From Eledone cirrhosa (lineage: Eukaryota), in the NCBI GenBank assembly GCA_964016885.1, contig OZ024755.1, forward strand, positions 12,028,001 through 12,092,000: a stretch of DNA of 64,000 bases, written 5' to 3'. Positions 43,251-58,994 of the stretch are shown here, piece after piece. The notes beneath the pieces were generated by a model. That model was not told the DNA's origin. It did not search any database and saw only the letters and a program-made list of their open reading frames with translations. The translations under genes were made by a program, and so were the position numbers. How positions within the stretch are numbered: position 1 is the stretch's first letter; each line of letters begins with the position of its first letter.

Positions 43251-44453
43251 AGAAGAATTGCCAAATGTATTGAACAATATCTTATATTTCAACAAACAAA
43301 CCCTTCAGAAAGAAAATAAGAATGATGTAGTGCAAAGGATATTGCAGTGACATTCTACTAGCCAAAAGTTAAACAAGCCCGGAAGAGAGGAAGGCATAAA
43401 CAACAGGTTTTTGCTAAAAGCAATACCAGGCTATTGTCGTGAGCTCGTGGAACTTTCTATTTAGAACGTTGGTCTTACGGTCGTAATGTATCAGGTTCGA
43501 TTCCAGAACCGAAAGGCGCGTTGTATTCTTGAGCAAAATACTATTTCACGGTGTCACGGACAACTCAACTGAAACTAAGCACAAACAGCAGCTGTGGGGT
43601 TTATTCGTGTCCACTGTGAGGCGCTGATATGACTTTTAAGGCCACGATGTGAACACTCTTTCTTCGCCCCTTCACAGAACCTATTCTGAGAGCAAAACCA
43701 ACCCCAGTGTTTGGCTGGTACTTCCTCTTTCGACCTCCGAAGGGATGAAAGACAAAGTTGGCCTTTGAACTGAAGGCACTATCACTAGAGGCCATTTTAC
43801 ATCAGGCCCCAATCGCCATATATGTATTATTCCACATGCTATTGACTGTGACTCAAGACTTACATATCTTGATCTTAATATTAATCAGAAAAAAAGAAGA
43901 AAAAACGTAATGTCGTCTTTTTTTTCTTTTCTTTTAAGTAATTAACCCTTTTGTCACCATATTTCTGATGAAATACACTGTATTTTAATTAACCTATGAA
44001 GAATTTGGAGGTATTTACTAAAATTATTGTTTCATTGTGATATTTATAATGACTTAACAAAAGGTTCTTGTATAATACGCTGGAAGATGTTAATTTAAAT
44101 GATAAATCATTAAATAGGTGGTTTGGGATGGGTTGAGCCAGTCTCCTAACAAGTTCTCTCGCTGCGAAAGAAAGGAAAACACCCAATGTAAAATAAACTA
44201 ATCCGTTGTTTTAGATATTCATATTGCTGTTTCGTTGTCAACGTTGCTGCTGTTGCTGGAGTTTTGTTGTTCACGTTCTTGTTGCTGCTGTTGTCGTTGT
44301 TGTTGTTGATGTTGATGATGATGATGCTTTGTTATCGACGTCACTGTTGCTACTGTTGACGTTGTTGATATTCTACTTGTTAGAGTTGTTGTTGTTGTTG
44401 CTGTTGACTAATTTTAACACCATTCATTGCATTATATTGTAGTTGTTACTACT

Positions 44454-44512
44454 AAAATAAAGTACCAGTAATGCACTGGGTAATTGCTGGCCTTGTGCCA
44501 AAAGTAGAAACA
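44454..44512 (+). mobile_element. Short SINE family 1 3' fragment with 23 bp TSD
   Basis: TSD attatattgtagttgttactact at 44431-44453 and 44513-44535. Confidence 0.85.
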
Positions 44513-47500
44513 ATTATATTGTAGTTGTTACTACTGTTGCTGTTTTTTTTTTGTTATTACTATTACTGCTTTTGCTGTTATTGTTGCTGTTTTAAACTGC
44601 TGCTGATTTTGTTGCAATTACTGATTTTTTTGTTGTTGTTATTTTTTATCTTGCTTTCATTGTTTTTGCTGCTGTTGTTAGCGTTGTATATGTTGCTGTT
44701 TTTGTATTTGCTGTTGTTGCTGCTGCTGTTGCTGTCATTACTTTTGTTACTGCTGCTGTTTTGTCTTACTGGTTGATTTCTTGTTGCTGCTGGTGCTTAG
44801 ACCACTAGCACGTTCAGCCTACTGTACTGTATCATGACATTGCTGGTGTTGATAGAGTCAACACCTACATATTTTTATGAGCAATCTCAGAAAACACACA
44901 CAAAAATAAACCTTCAAAAAAGTCATCTTTTCGCTTTGACAAACGCATTCATTGAGGCAGCCGACAGCTTTAGTGTCACTGTTACCACGTGTGGTATAGC
45001 CACCTCCCGCCACTTCTCACACAATCTAAACGTCAAAGCAGTTGACATTGGTAATAAATATTTTTGTTTGCTCAATGTAAAGGATGGGAATGAGGATAAC
45101 AATAATCCCTATATTTTGTAGAGACAATGAGAAGATTTTAACACCCCATTCTTTCCTTGATAGTGCATTAAACACTCATTACAAGAAATACTCCAGCATT
45201 TGTAGAAGTCATGAAACATTAAACAACCGGTTGACTTAAGAAGCATCGGAAATGTTTTTTTATTTAAAATGTAGAGATGCCAATGCAAATGATTATAACA
45301 GTCTATAAATGATAGCTAAGACAATCGGGTAAAGTACCCCTGGAAAGGGGAGAAAGTCGACAGAGGTGCAAGTGAGACACCTTTGTCCAATGTCACCATG
45401 ATATTGTAAACATATTTTGACAATTTATCGAATCTCGGTCCATGTCAAAGCCAGCCCGGTCCATTCTCCCAATCTCACACCCCAAATGACAAATAATTAA
45501 AATAAAAACAGTATAATTCATCCTAAAATTTAATGATAGGCTTAGTTTGAAATCAGATGCAGAAAATGTTTTTTAAGAATAACCACGCGTGCAAAACATC
45601 GTAAAATCAGAAACAATTAAACGACACAGACAAAATGATGCCAGTTTAAATGAAGGGCCGGACTTAACGCCTTAAGTATCGTAAATGAAAGAAAAAAGAT
45701 ATAAGTGGAACGACATTCTCGTCTTCTCGTGTAAACTATGCCAATTAAATTCAACGTCTTTATTCTGAAATGATTTCTTTTGGGACGAAGCTTGGGGGGT
45801 TATCTCGGTTTTCATGGGTGTTAGAGTACAATAGATTCCTTTGAACGGGATGCCAGTCCATCATTATGCTAATCCCCAGCTGCCGCTGGTACACATTTTC
45901 AATTGCGTCCATTGATATAAAGTGAAATAACGTACAATTGTCCAGGAATCAAACCCACGCCCCTTTGATCGTGGGCTAAATACCCTAACTACTAGGCCAC
46001 ACGTTTTCACAATAGCAGTCGACGAAATTTATACGAGTATTTGGTAGGGCCTTTTTAACATCATAAGATTTCAGTTCAAATAATGCTGGGGAAGACTGTG
46101 TGTTTCATACTTCATTGTCCATAAAATATTTGCCTCGGTTATAAATCAACAATATTAATATTATCAACATTGAACGAAGTGTGGTGGACGGCAGACTTGC
46201 AGTATTTACTAATATATTCTTGCGTTCACAGTTCACATCCTACAACGATCAATTTTGTTTTCATCTCTCTTTGATCGATAAGAAAAACAACAGCTATATA
46301 TTGAGAATCGATACAATCAATTATATCAATGCCTAAACTTGTAAAGTGGTAAAAAATCCTTTTTTTAGTGTTGAAGTTGAATTAAATGATGTGCATAATG
46401 TCGAAATATAATGTCGATAGCAGCAATTTCATATCAGCATGCTGAGAGTTGTTAGAAAAAGTTATTCGTTAAAACATACACGCTGAAAAAATATAAGGTC
46501 CGACCACAGTTAAGAAAATGAAAGAAAGAAAAAAGAATGAATGGGAGTGGGCAGACTCTACGCCCTCAACTGGACAGTATATCTCAGGTGCACCTCGTCG
46601 ACAGCAAAAGCGTTTCTGCGGAGAACAACCAACGATACTCACTGCATCAATCATTCCCACCCGTGTGACCTTTTCCTCTAGTGTGATGCATTCCTCCTGA
46701 TTTGGCGAAGGAAAACAGCTATACATAGGAGCAATGACAATGGAAGTCACAATTGTGACTGGCACGAAAAAACATAATACACACGTACCTAAACACACAC
46801 ATAATACATATCAACGTCATTTAACGCATCATTCCTCAGCTAGCAAACCTTTCTTTTAGATATCTCATTGAAGATACGACTATGTTCGAATTTTAACTAT
46901 TTATTGAATGTTTCTCATATTTTCTTCTAAGTTCTTCGCAGCAGCTCGTTTGGAACAACAAAATTCCTAATCTATGATTTAATCAACATTTCTAGACTTT
47001 CATCATATCATCGTCAGGATATGCATTGTTTATGTGAGCTTATTTTCACTGGCTTTTTTATTGTAGGCAGATGTATATTATGAATTTTTATCCAATTAAT
47101 TTTTTTGCTAGTATTGTAATGGCTTTCTGATTGAAAATTGAAACTTGACTCTTAGAATTATATTTGTCACTATCTCTGTATGTTACTTTCTATATATATC
47201 TAACTCTATATAAATGACAGCTATTTCGTGATAAATGAGACAGAAACACGAGTGTGGTACAAGAGACCAACGCAATGGTATGATTGCTGTGCTATTATGT
47301 TCAACTGTGAATTCGTTAATTAGACTGATTTCAAGGTAAGTTATGATATCTATGACGACTTCGAGTCAGAAACGTTATGACTTACTAACGATAATGAAGT
47401 TATGGCTGGGTATATGAGATAGCAATGAAATATATTACTCGTTATTACCAGGTGGTTACCAATGAATATCTATTAAATAAACTATAGACTCACACAATGA

Positions 47501-48849
47501 GAATGTTTAGTGAGAGATGATGATGTTTAATTTTAACAATGTTGGTAGTGGACCTCCGTCAGTTTCGATGACGAGTGTTCCAGTGGATTCCATCGACGGG
47601 ACAGCCTGTTTTTAAATTTAACGTGTACCCTTTCGGTAGTTCCCGGGGAGATTCAGTGCGACACAGCGTGTGACTCTGAATTATAGATGTGACTAATTTT
47701 CGCCAGTTGGGTGGACGAGAACGACGAGAAATATTGTGCCTTTCTCAACAGCAACGCGCCGCCAGGAATTGAATTCACAACCTTACGATAGTGAGGCATG
47801 TACCCAACCACTAAGCCTCACACCTTCACAATAGAAGTACATTAGCCCGCTCGACAAGTTAACGTATATGTAGGTGAGCCTTTCAGATACTTGTGCCCTT
47901 TATAAAATTCTGGGGGAGATTCAATGTGACACAGTGTGTAACAAGGTTGGACCCTTGAATTACAGTCCATCCAATCGGTTTGCAAACAGTTTCCGCCTAA
48001 TCAATCTCGTTCACACGTTTGAATCAAATCCGAGTCTATGGTAAATGACACTTGCCCAAGATGCGACGCTGTGGAATCGAGCACGGGACCTAATGAATGC
48101 GGAGAAAACTTGTTAACCATTCGACAATACTACGTACACACTTCAATGATAGACATCAACAATAAAAATATTAGGTTGCCTTCAGTCACGACTGACCATC
48201 GCTTTCCACCTTGAAATTTCCTCTTCTAGATTCAAGCTCAAACAGGGTGTTTTCCTAATCAGTATGCCAGTTTCTCCTCTTCGCACCAGCCATGTTATTC
48301 AAGGGAAACTTAGAACAGAGTTGTCGATGCTCATTCTTTCCAGTTGAATGGACAGGAATATCGGGAAATAAAGTGTCTTGCTAAAGAACAAATCAGCCCG
48401 CTGATAATCGAACTCATGGCCTTGCGATCGTGAGCCGATCACCCTGACTATAATGCCACACACCTTCACAATGAAAGCATATTACTGACTGTTAGCAGAT
48501 GGTCAGCATTGAATATATATTTAATCAACTATAGGCATACATTGGTAATGTTTAGTGAGAGAAAGCAGAGTAATGTTTAGTTTTAACAGGTGAAATAATG
48601 ATAGGTGACGTAAAGTTTATTATATCAAGGTCTAAGAAAGTTGTATTAATAAGAGACAATTGGGAAGAAATAAAGATATGTTGAAAGCACCATTAAATAT
48701 TAGCTCAAGTATTATTTGTTTTTATTTATTTCAGGCTGCAGTTAAACTGGGAGAATCACCTTGAAGTGATTTTGTCGATCATGTCTACATCCAGTACTTA
48801 TTTCATCGATCTCATTTTGACATGAACAAGTAGTAAATATAAACAAAAA

Positions 48850-48888
<39 letters not shown>

Positions 48889-49633
48889 TACTGTGAATAC
48901 ACAGGCGAAAATCCAGAGCAATATGACTAATTTGGCATCAATAAAGAAAATTCGTGTATGTGTTTACGTGTGGATAAATAAAAAGATAGGTAATTACAAA
49001 CACAGACACATGCACACGACAGGCTTCACCAGTTTCCGTCTACCAAATTTCGGTCAGAAAGTAATAGTCTACCCGACGCTAAAAGACACTAGGCGACGGA
49101 GTCAAGTTGAGGGACAGAACTCGAAACCATGTGGTTACGAAGCGAACATATTAATTCAATTGATAAAATACCAAAAATACCATGAGGTATAGAAGAAATT
49201 TGGTAAAGGGGGTAAGGATTTTTGTCACACATACACTGAGTTCAGTGTATGCATTTATATAATATATATATATATACACACACACACACATAGCTATATA
49301 TATGTATATATATATACATTAACACATATATACATACATACACATATATATACATATATATGCACATATATAGACATATGTATATGCACATATATATACA
49401 TATATATGCACATATATAGACATATGTATATGCACATATATAGGCATATGTATATGCACATATATATATATATATATACATATGTATATGCACATATATA
49501 TAACTTATGTATATATACATATGTATATACACATATATACATACACTTATATACTTATCCATATACACATATATATATACATATACACATACCTATATAT
49601 GCATATATATATTTATATATATATATAATACAG

Positions 49634-49712
<79 letters not shown>

Positions 49713-51556
49713 GTTCTGCTTAACATAGTAGTAAAGAATTTCATTTCTGTATTCCTGTTTATATGACTGGAGGCAGAAAGAGTATTTCTGAATAGAGATG
49801 TTTATTACAAAGGAACGGGTCTCGAGTTTAAAAACGCAAGGGAAATATGATTACGTAATTTCCATTCCTTTCCCGAGGATATTACTAGGTTAAGTGAAGA
49901 TCTATGGTGTGTATTGGGTACCGGATTCAGAAGAATAATTCCCGACAAAGGCACAAACTCACAAATTTGTAAATCAGTTGGAACAAGTTTGATTGATGGA
50001 CGTGACCTTTGGGACCTTTAGGGACATAAAAGTATTTCTTCGAGAAAATGTTTCCTAGATGGTAAGAATAGTCAGACGAATCACACAAATATATTGCTTC
50101 AAATCATCGGACTTAATGTAATTTGTATTTAATGCAGAAGGACAGGAAAGGGCACTTTACTTCTGATGGGCATTTGAAAACTGGCGGAGCCAATTTCTCA
50201 GAGAGAGAGGATGAGAGGGAGAGAAAGAGGGTGCGAGGGAGAAAATCGACCCCAATACTAAACTGATACTTTATCAACCAAGAATTTAATCTTAAGACAT
50301 TTAATCTTTCTCTCTAACGACTCTGCCAATTTACAACCTTATTTAAAGAGAAGTTTGGGGTTATTCCTTTCTCGAGTAAATGTCAGAAGCAGTGGTAGGA
50401 AGCAAAGCAGACCTATCAACACCAAGTTGGGCACTCTTGAGGAGGATCTAGCAGACAAGGGTCTGGTCTGTGCGCAGACTTTTGACATGGCTTGTGACTC
50501 TGCTGAGTAAAGATCTCTCGTCACCTTATATTCTATAGAGAGCATGAAGAACTATCTAAAGCATTGTATTAATGAAAATTTAAAAATTTACAACACCAAA
50601 ACACTTTATTAAAATAGTTTTTAATTTGAAAATATAGTTGCCAAAAATACATGTAATTATAATAATAAATGATAACTATAAATAGTTGAATAAATCGTAT
50701 AAAGTTCCCTTCCCTATTTCTTTCTATCTCTAGGTGTTAGTTTACCTAATGTATTCAACTAAATATTAGTTACCTGTATTGTGGACAGAGATATCTGTCC
50801 ATTTTTGTTCGCGGAATTATTTTACCAGATGTATTCAGCTATTATTTATAGTTACCGACTATAGTTATTTGCATGATGGCAATATATTTTCAAATTTCAA
50901 ATAGTTTTGATTGTTCTCTCTTCTTTTAGAATTTTCCATCTCAGCAAGATTCTTTATAAAAACGAAAGATGTACTAAAATTCAATATGTCATGTCGAGAC
51001 TAGAAGATCAACGGAAATATTCAACAGTCGGAGTCAACATTTCCGCCAATCAGACCAGCCGACATTTGCTAGGTATCTTTGCCAAAAGTCTGTTAATTGT
51101 TAACTGAATATTGGTCTATATTCCATTTCAATTTAAAAGCAGCTAGGAGAAAAATATTAAAACTATGTTATATTAACTTGCACTCTTTTAGCTTTCTAAT
51201 CGATCAATGTATGCATGCATGCATAAATATACACTCCACTCTGACCATACCTTTAGATGTGTACTTTTATTCACAAAACCAGACAGAACACGGGAAATTA
51301 GGATATTGCAAGCACAACCCATCAATAGAGCGGTAAACGTAAAATATTCCAGAAATTTAGCATGTAAAAACTGCATATACACGCTTATAGATATAGAAAT
51401 CTATGTTCACATATAACTCAAAACATACAGATCCACACATGCAATGGCAATCATACATGCACACATATTTACCTAGTCGATGTCTATATTCCAATGAAAG
51501 AATTATATTGTGTTAGAAACCATCTCTCTCTCTCTCGACCCAGTACATTACTGGTA

Positions 51557-51594
<38 letters not shown>

Positions 51595-52282
51595 ACTCAG
51601 TACATTAATGGTACTTTATTTTATCGGCCCCACAAGGATAAAAGTCTCCGATAGGATTTGATCTCATACGTAAAAACTCAAACAAAAAAATAGCAAAGTA
51701 AGATGACCAAATATTGCAAGCACCACAGGTTTCAAGTAAAAGTATCCATTTCTCATGTATTTACATACACACACATATGCCTGTGTGTAAGTGTATTTGT
51801 GTGTATGTGCACAGCCATATATGCACACTATTGGATGGTCAATGTTTTTCATGAGTCCCACCACTCTTTGACGAGTTTTGGATAAATTTAGTTGAGGTAT
51901 AACTACAGTTTTTTAACTACATTCCATTATTGTGGAACGAATGAAGTGAAAAAACTCAAACTATTCCTCCGTACATAGTAAAAACTAAGATTCTTTTTTT
52001 GGCTGCATTTCAGAGTTTTTTTCTTTGCTCTTCAGAAGAAAACTACCCCCTATAATTTTATATACAGAGGAATATTATTATAATATTGTTGTATATATTC
52101 GATGTGAAGTGTAATATCGCAGAAATGGTCAGTCTAAGTTTTATGGTGTGATATGTTTGTTGGCGTAATTAATTATGTAAATATTAATGCAAGAACACAT
52201 CGTATATTTGAAGATTTAATCTAAAATAAATCTCGATATAACTAAAGTCTTTGAATTTCAAATATACTGTTATATATCCAAA

Positions 52283-52323
<41 letters not shown>

Positions 52324-52348
52324 CGATAGAAATATAAAAGTGGTGTTA

Positions 52349-52397
<49 letters not shown>

Positions 52398-52572
52398 ATA
52401 ATATTCTATCTCTCTCTATTTAGTTGCATGCATTTCTTCTTTTTCTTCGTTTTTCTTTCTTTCTTTTTATAACTGTCCCTAATATTTTTTCCACTACCAA
52501 ATCAACTTTTCAAATAGAAGTCGAAGTTGAAAGGTATGTCGAATCTATCTATTTATAAGACTGTTTATATTG

Positions 52573-52638
52573 TATTTTGTCTGAAGAAGGCATAACATAT
52601 TTTTAATATGATATCCCTGAAATATATATAATGAAATA
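52573..52638 (+). ncRNA. Type I hammerhead ribozyme (family B)
   Basis: tattttgt-CTGAAGA-agg...cct-GAAA-TATATA-TA-atgaaata. Confidence 0.85.
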
Positions 52639-52819
52639 AATATGGTTTTATAAATTTAGTTTCCATTTATTTAATATCGTATATATATATATATATTTAT
52701 TAAAATAACAGATTAAAGTTTAAGCAAAGAATCGCTGCTTTCACCCTTAACGGGATCTTCTGAAATTCTTTCCTTATCGAGCCCTCTTTGGATTTTAGTC
52801 TTCAAATTTATTATTATTA

Positions 52820-52873
<54 letters not shown>

Positions 52874-54067
52874 TCACATTCATTGGAAGAACCGTAAGAG
52901 CAAGGGATAATATGCCTTGCGGTGTTTGTTATGGTACTGTGCTCTGCAGAGAAAAGGATGTCTACAGGTGTAGAATATAATTTAACCTGTCTTGAACCAA
53001 ATTCCTTAGAATACCATTATTCACGACATTCTATAGCCGAAAATACTAAAGTTGAAAACCACAAGCACATCTATTCATTTCTTCTTCTTTAACATTTCCT
53101 CAACTGCCAATCCCCCTTTACAACGTCACACAAAACCACAACGTAGAAATATAACTATTTAAACTCTTCCAAGCACATTACCTATTCACAAACACACATT
53201 ATGAAACCACAAGTTTCCAGATCGTCCTGACCATGTTCACATAGACACACACTAACAAACACAAGCAGTGTTTCGTCGGTTTCGATGAAAGGAACTGCCT
53301 GCTCGTGAAATTAATGTGCAAGTTGTGAAGCATTTCATTGAAAACGAGAACTCAAAGTAATTCTTAAAGACTGGGTAGGACACAGTGACATGTTTGGTTT
53401 TGTGAATTACTGGTACAGTCTATTTGACAGGTTTCTAAATAATTTCATTGATAAGATTTGGGGTGACCCGAGGCTATCGTAAATGACATTTGTCTGAGAT
53501 ACTACGCATCAAGGTGTAGTAGTTATTTGCGATATAAGGTTCACTTAATGGATGATCACACCTAGCATGTGAGGTGAACGTTTGGGGTGCTAAATTGATG
53601 TTTAATGCCACTTTGAAAAGAATTTTAATTATGTTTGCCTGGTAGAGGTGAGGGTAGTATACTAGATTGTGGTGCAAAAGGTGAAAAGGACACAAGCACA
53701 TATATATATGCAATAGTTATTAGATGAACAAAGTACGCAATGGTCGTTACACCAATGACACGGGAGGGTGTGTTCAGTGGCGTGCAGAACCCCAGGCACT
53801 ATCCGTTTCGCGGTTCCAGTGAAGCGTTGCCCAGGAGGTTGGTGAAGGAGACGCATTGGAATAGCAATTCCAGCTTGGGGTGGGGGCCTCGCTCCTGTGG
53901 GTGGCCATTTCCGCCCTAATAGTAGTGATTATGGAGATGATCCGGAGACCAAGAATACCTGACGCCTCAGTTTGCTCCACAATGGGTTTGTGTGTGTACT
54001 ATGGAAAGTACTTGCGGTGAGCAGGATTGGCTGGCGAGTGTTTAAAATTGGGTTATATATATATACA

Positions 54068-54257
54068 TAGGAAAAGAGGCAGGACCCCGACGGCTGAGCT
54101 CAACCGTTTCGACAGCTAGATCCGAACTCGAATCTAGCTGTCGAAACGACCGGAGCTCAGCCGTCGGGGTCCTGACTCTTTTCCTATTACCCACTCTACT
54201 ACCCTAAGTATTAAGTACTCTGGTGCATTATGGTCCACCTAGTATCTTACCACACCC

Positions 54258-54261
<4 letters not shown>
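54068..54261 (+). mobile_element. Family A fold-back element (diverged subfamily)
   Basis: Palindrome 54068-54186 plus tail, with TA flanks. Confidence 0.85.
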
Positions 54262-54318
<57 letters not shown>

Positions 54319-54704
54319 TGTATCGAACTAGACAAACTGAGTGTGTGCCAGTACCTTGAACTTTCCCACTCGCTCAATGAATTCACGGGACTTGCACTTC
54401 CGAAGAGCCAGTCCGTGATTCAGAGCGCGCACATTTAGTTATTAGTGGTAAGTTCGGGATTATGTGCGAGTGTAAACAATTTAGTTTGGACCAAACGAAA
54501 TCGTTGTTGTTTTTTAGTCTGTGTCTGCGCACTGCTGTGAAATAATTACACCGCAGAGCGCAGAAGCCACGCATTAAATCCAGAGTTGTCTGGAAGGATG
54601 GATGCGGCCAAGATCATCACAGAATTACGTCAACGAGTAGCAATGCTTCTCGTTCTAAAGCTAGGGTCTACTAGTGACACAGTAGCAGTTCTTGCCTGCC
54701 ACTG

Positions 54705-54780
54705 TCGTCACGTGGTTTCCAAAGGCGGAGGAATACGTAATTAGGCGGTTAAATTTCAAACAGTTTGAAAGTAGCGCCAG
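54705..54780. promoter_or_regulatory. Candidate promoter: E-box plus two inverted GGCGS/TTTCAAA (E2F/CHR-like) pairs
   Basis: CACGTG at 54709, ggcggttaaatttcaaa at 54744-54760 and tttgaaagtagcgcc at 54764-54778, in locally CpG-rich unique DNA. Confidence 0.3.
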
Positions 54781-54794
54781 AAAAGCTCTCCAGT

Positions 54795-54946
54795 GGCTTT
54801 GACGCATAGAGTTACGGCCCTTGCCCTTCTGAGTTCAAATCCCGCCGAGGTTAACTTTGCCTTTTATCCTTACGGGGTTGATAAAATAAAGTACCAGTAA
54901 TACACTGGGTAATTGCTGGCCTTGTGCCTAACGTAGAAACAATTAT
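54795..54946 (+). mobile_element. 5'-truncated SINE family 1
   Basis: Box B through the 3' tail match the consensus. Confidence 0.85.
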
Positions 54947-55978
54947 ATATATTGATGAAGGTTTTCCAGAATTGCTGAAGATATTCAGTCACAAACTTTG
55001 GTAAATACTAAAACATATTGTTTTGGTTTTGTTTGGGTCTTTTTGCGGCGGATGGGGGAGAAGTATTTCTATCATACTATGCATTGACGGCAGTTTCTTA
55101 TCGTTTCTGTTTTACCCATTTTGGATAATTTAGCGCACTTGTTCCAGGTGATCGCATTTCGAATGTATTTCTAAATATGATAAAAGTCCAGAGTCCTTTC
55201 GTCCCAAGATCTAATAATACAAATAACCTACAGCTATTGGGGAAGGCGTGAAAGACGTGTACGTGATGTAATAGTTCGACTGCAAAACAGAAGAAAGTTT
55301 CTTTTCTGAGCTAGCAGAGCCTCACAAACTTAAATGTATTTCCCTGTTAAAAAAAAAGGGAATTCTCCGAGGCTTGGCTGAAAAGTTCATAGGCTGACTA
55401 TGACACACACACACACACACACACATATTTTCATTTATTTGTCTCCCTCTTATTGGTTGTTTAGATGATATACATGCATTTGGATAAAGACCAAACTGGG
55501 TCTGAAAATTGAATAAAATGTGTTTAATCATTTTTTCAATTTACAGGAAAAATCGTATTTTCAGGCATATTACATGTCTTCATATTAAAATGTGTATATT
55601 TATATTACACATTGGCGCTGTCACGGTTATCGAACTCCTTAACTACACCGGCATGTCTGCACTTGTTTTAAAGACGAATGTTTACTAGTTATATAGATAT
55701 GAAATAAATTGATACTTTAAAGTTCTTCAAGTTTTTTAAATATTCCAAACATACCCTTCAATATTTTTCAGTTAATTTTTCTCACTCTTCATTAAAATTT
55801 AACAAGTTTTAATTTAATAATACACAACCTTCAGCCCAAAATATATTTCAACAGAATTATTGTCACTTTTATATTATTTGTTAGATGTGTGAAATAACGT
55901 TTACATTTTAAGAGTATATGTGTTTGCATTCGTAATTACATTTTCATCCTCAATAAACTGAAACCGAAACAGCATTTT

Positions 55979-56025
<47 letters not shown>

Positions 56026-57129
56026 AAGTAAATAAGGTATGCATTTTCATAAAATATTTAAGTTTCGTGATGCTGGTCTTGGAGTAGATGAATCCCATTA
56101 TTGGAGATAATTTATTCGTGTTAGACTAACCTCAATCATCAGTGTTTTGCAAGTGTATAAAATAAATCACCTCAATGTTAATATGTTGGGCGTTCATTCT
56201 TTCGTAATTCTCTTATTCTATTGACCAAAGCTTTAATCAAGGAGTTTAACCAGATCTGAAATTTTCATCATCCTTGCTGTTAGGAAAACTCTAATTGAGT
56301 TTGATGGTAACCTCTGGATTAGAAAAAGAGCGCCTTAATAAGTTTCATATTACTGTGGGGTTGAGTGATTCATCTCAGATTACTGACCTAGTAGGTCTAT
56401 TCTAATTAAACAAATTAAGAATTACTTACTTTTGTTTATATATATATATATATAATTTGTTGTGTGTGTGTGTGTTTTGTAATATTAGCGTGTTTTTTCT
56501 ATAACATTTTAAACTGAATCATATATTTTTCTTAAATTGTAATCTAGGTAATTCTATTATGAAGGAATCCTCAGTTTGTTTTAGTCATAATTTTTTACTT
56601 TTTCTTTTATTACTAATTCGTTTTTTTTTTCAATATAAAGGGACTTCTCAACTATTTTGTTTCAAGACAAATTTTCACTCGTATTTTTTTGTTTTGTTTT
56701 TTTTTCTTAACGAATTGGCAAAGTCGTTAGAGCGTCGGTACTTGGTCCGGCTCCCTGCGCTCAAATCCAACCAAGTTCAACTTAGCCTTAATCCTTTCGG
56801 GATCGATAAATGACGTACCAGTCCAGGCACAGGGATGCCAGGAATCACGACAGGCAGATAGTATAAGTTTGATCGTAGTTTCCATTGAAAGGCCAATGGA
56901 AACTGGTCCCTTGGGCTGATTTGACGATCAACTTTTTCTATAGAGATGTTTGTCTTACTTTTTTGTTTGAATTCCTCTAAAAGAAAGGCACTGATTTTAA
57001 CAAGAAAATACCTCCTTTGCTACACTTTAGTTAACAAAAAGGATGTGTAACATGTTGAACTTTAAGAAAAGACTTGCATATTTTTACTGTCCTATTTGCT
57101 GATTGTATTTGTAAAGTGTGTATTAGCTT

Positions 57130-57830
57130 GACAATTTCTTTGTTTAAAAATCCTAGCTTTCCGGATTGTCACTTAGGCATTTGCTAACAGCCAAGTTATC
57201 GGTATAAATATGATTTTATCTGGGTAGAAACGTTGTCCGTAAATATTCTTTTTCTCACTGATTTTGGAAGAACTGTTTACATCTGCAGAGCAGCTGACCT
57301 CTGTGACAGTGCAAAATGTTTTTTTTGTTTTGTTTGTTTGTTTTTCTTTTCTATCCCAAACAACTATATAAGGCCTGTTGTTTGTAACTGTCGGAAGCTT
57401 TGATAAGAATGTTCTACCAATATTCTGTGTTGATATGTATATAATCAATAACAACGGCATTCTCTATATTTATCCAACGGCAGTGTTTCCTGCGTATGGC
57501 ATTGTATATCCTTTTAACAACAACATTATGCCGCACTGAAGACATTTTCGGGCATCTGCTGATCACATGTGTAATATCTTCCACAGAAATTGACATTTCC
57601 GATTGCGTCTTGGGACTTTAAGGACGTCAGTGACTCTTTTGTTCATTAGATATTCCGTAGTTATCTCCAGTATACCCTTCGAGATCCGACGTGATATAAC
57701 GGTCACGAGTCTAAGAGAGGCTACACTTGTGTCAATGTTAGATTAACGCTCAAATTTACGCAAGGCATACTCATACATAACCTTTGTTGGTATGCAGGGT
57801 GTTTCTTTTCCATGTTTGTCTTAGAGTATT
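57130..57830 (-). pseudogene. Decayed RLE-type non-LTR retrotransposon C-terminus (R4/Dong-like)
   Basis: EDITHVISRCPKMS..RHN is a CCHC knuckle remnant. NNRPYIVVWDR...CTVTEVSC.AD.N...KISEK..IY matches the PD..(D/E) restriction-like endonuclease region. Frameshifts present. Confidence 0.8.
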
Positions 57831-58783
57831 CCGGGACTTATTCGGGAGTTAACTACCAATCCATAAGATGTTGTTTTCTTTAATTTTGAAAATTTCGTTA
57901 ACATCCTTAAAATCCCTAGGCTCTGTATGTATGTATATATGTATGTATGCATGCATACATATATCTGCATATATAAATGTATATATACATATACACACAT
58001 ATATACATTCCTACTCACATAATACATATATGTAGACGCATATACCTAGATGACAGATTTTTCATCAACTTCGACGTCCCTCTCATGGAACTAACGTCTA
58101 CGTTGTTGAGTATTCCATAGACACGTGTAACAACATAATTCCTCAAGCCGAATCAATATGACATATGTGACAAGGCTGGACCTTTGACGGCTTCCATATA
58201 GTTACTGTCTACCCATGGTTTCAGTCAGCCCGATACTATGGCAAAAACACTTGGTCAAGATGCTATATAATGGATCGAACGCTGAGCCTCATGATTGTGA
58301 AGCGAACTTCTTAACCAACCAGCTATGTCTGCATTGAGCAGTGGTCTACGTTGATGCTATAATTCTCTATATTTTCGCCAATGCCACATGAAAAATTAAA
58401 CTGAATTAGATCCACTATCGATCCACGAGCCCGACGTGATGTAAATTGTGTCTCGGTCATTGAAACTTGGTGAAGCGCATCGTTCTCAGATGTGCAACCC
58501 AGTCGATTTCTTACAGAGAAGAAAGAACGAGAGAGTGGGGGAGAGAGATAAGAGGAAGAAAATTATGGTTGCTTAAAGTACCATCGTACATTGAAAATGC
58601 AAACATTAACGGAATGAGCACCTGTAAGCAGAGAGTAAATTATATTTTCTGAAGAGAGAAGTAGTTTGACTTCGAAGTTTCAGAATAGTTGCTTCACCTA
58701 GTTACGTTGAATACCTGGAACTTGCTTTCTTGTAATATTCATTTCTGGATTGGGTTGAGATGGAAATGGGTGAGATTTTTAGT

Positions 58784-58843
<60 letters not shown>

Positions 58844-58994
58844 ACACGGGTGTGTATGATTGTGTATAGAAGATTATATTAATAAGAGGAATTCCAACTT
58901 TGTCTGATTTACTCGTTTTATTTACAATCCTTTAAAATTTATAATGGTATTATAATGAAATAGTATGATAGAATATTAAATGTTAAGTGTTAAT

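Noticed and set aside
46990-47023. Minus-strand CTGACGA...GAAA
   Set aside because: Stems do not pair and there is no NUH in register.
53600-54040. GC-richer segment with overlapping short minus ORFs
   Set aside because: No recognisable protein motif in the frames I translated, so left unassigned.
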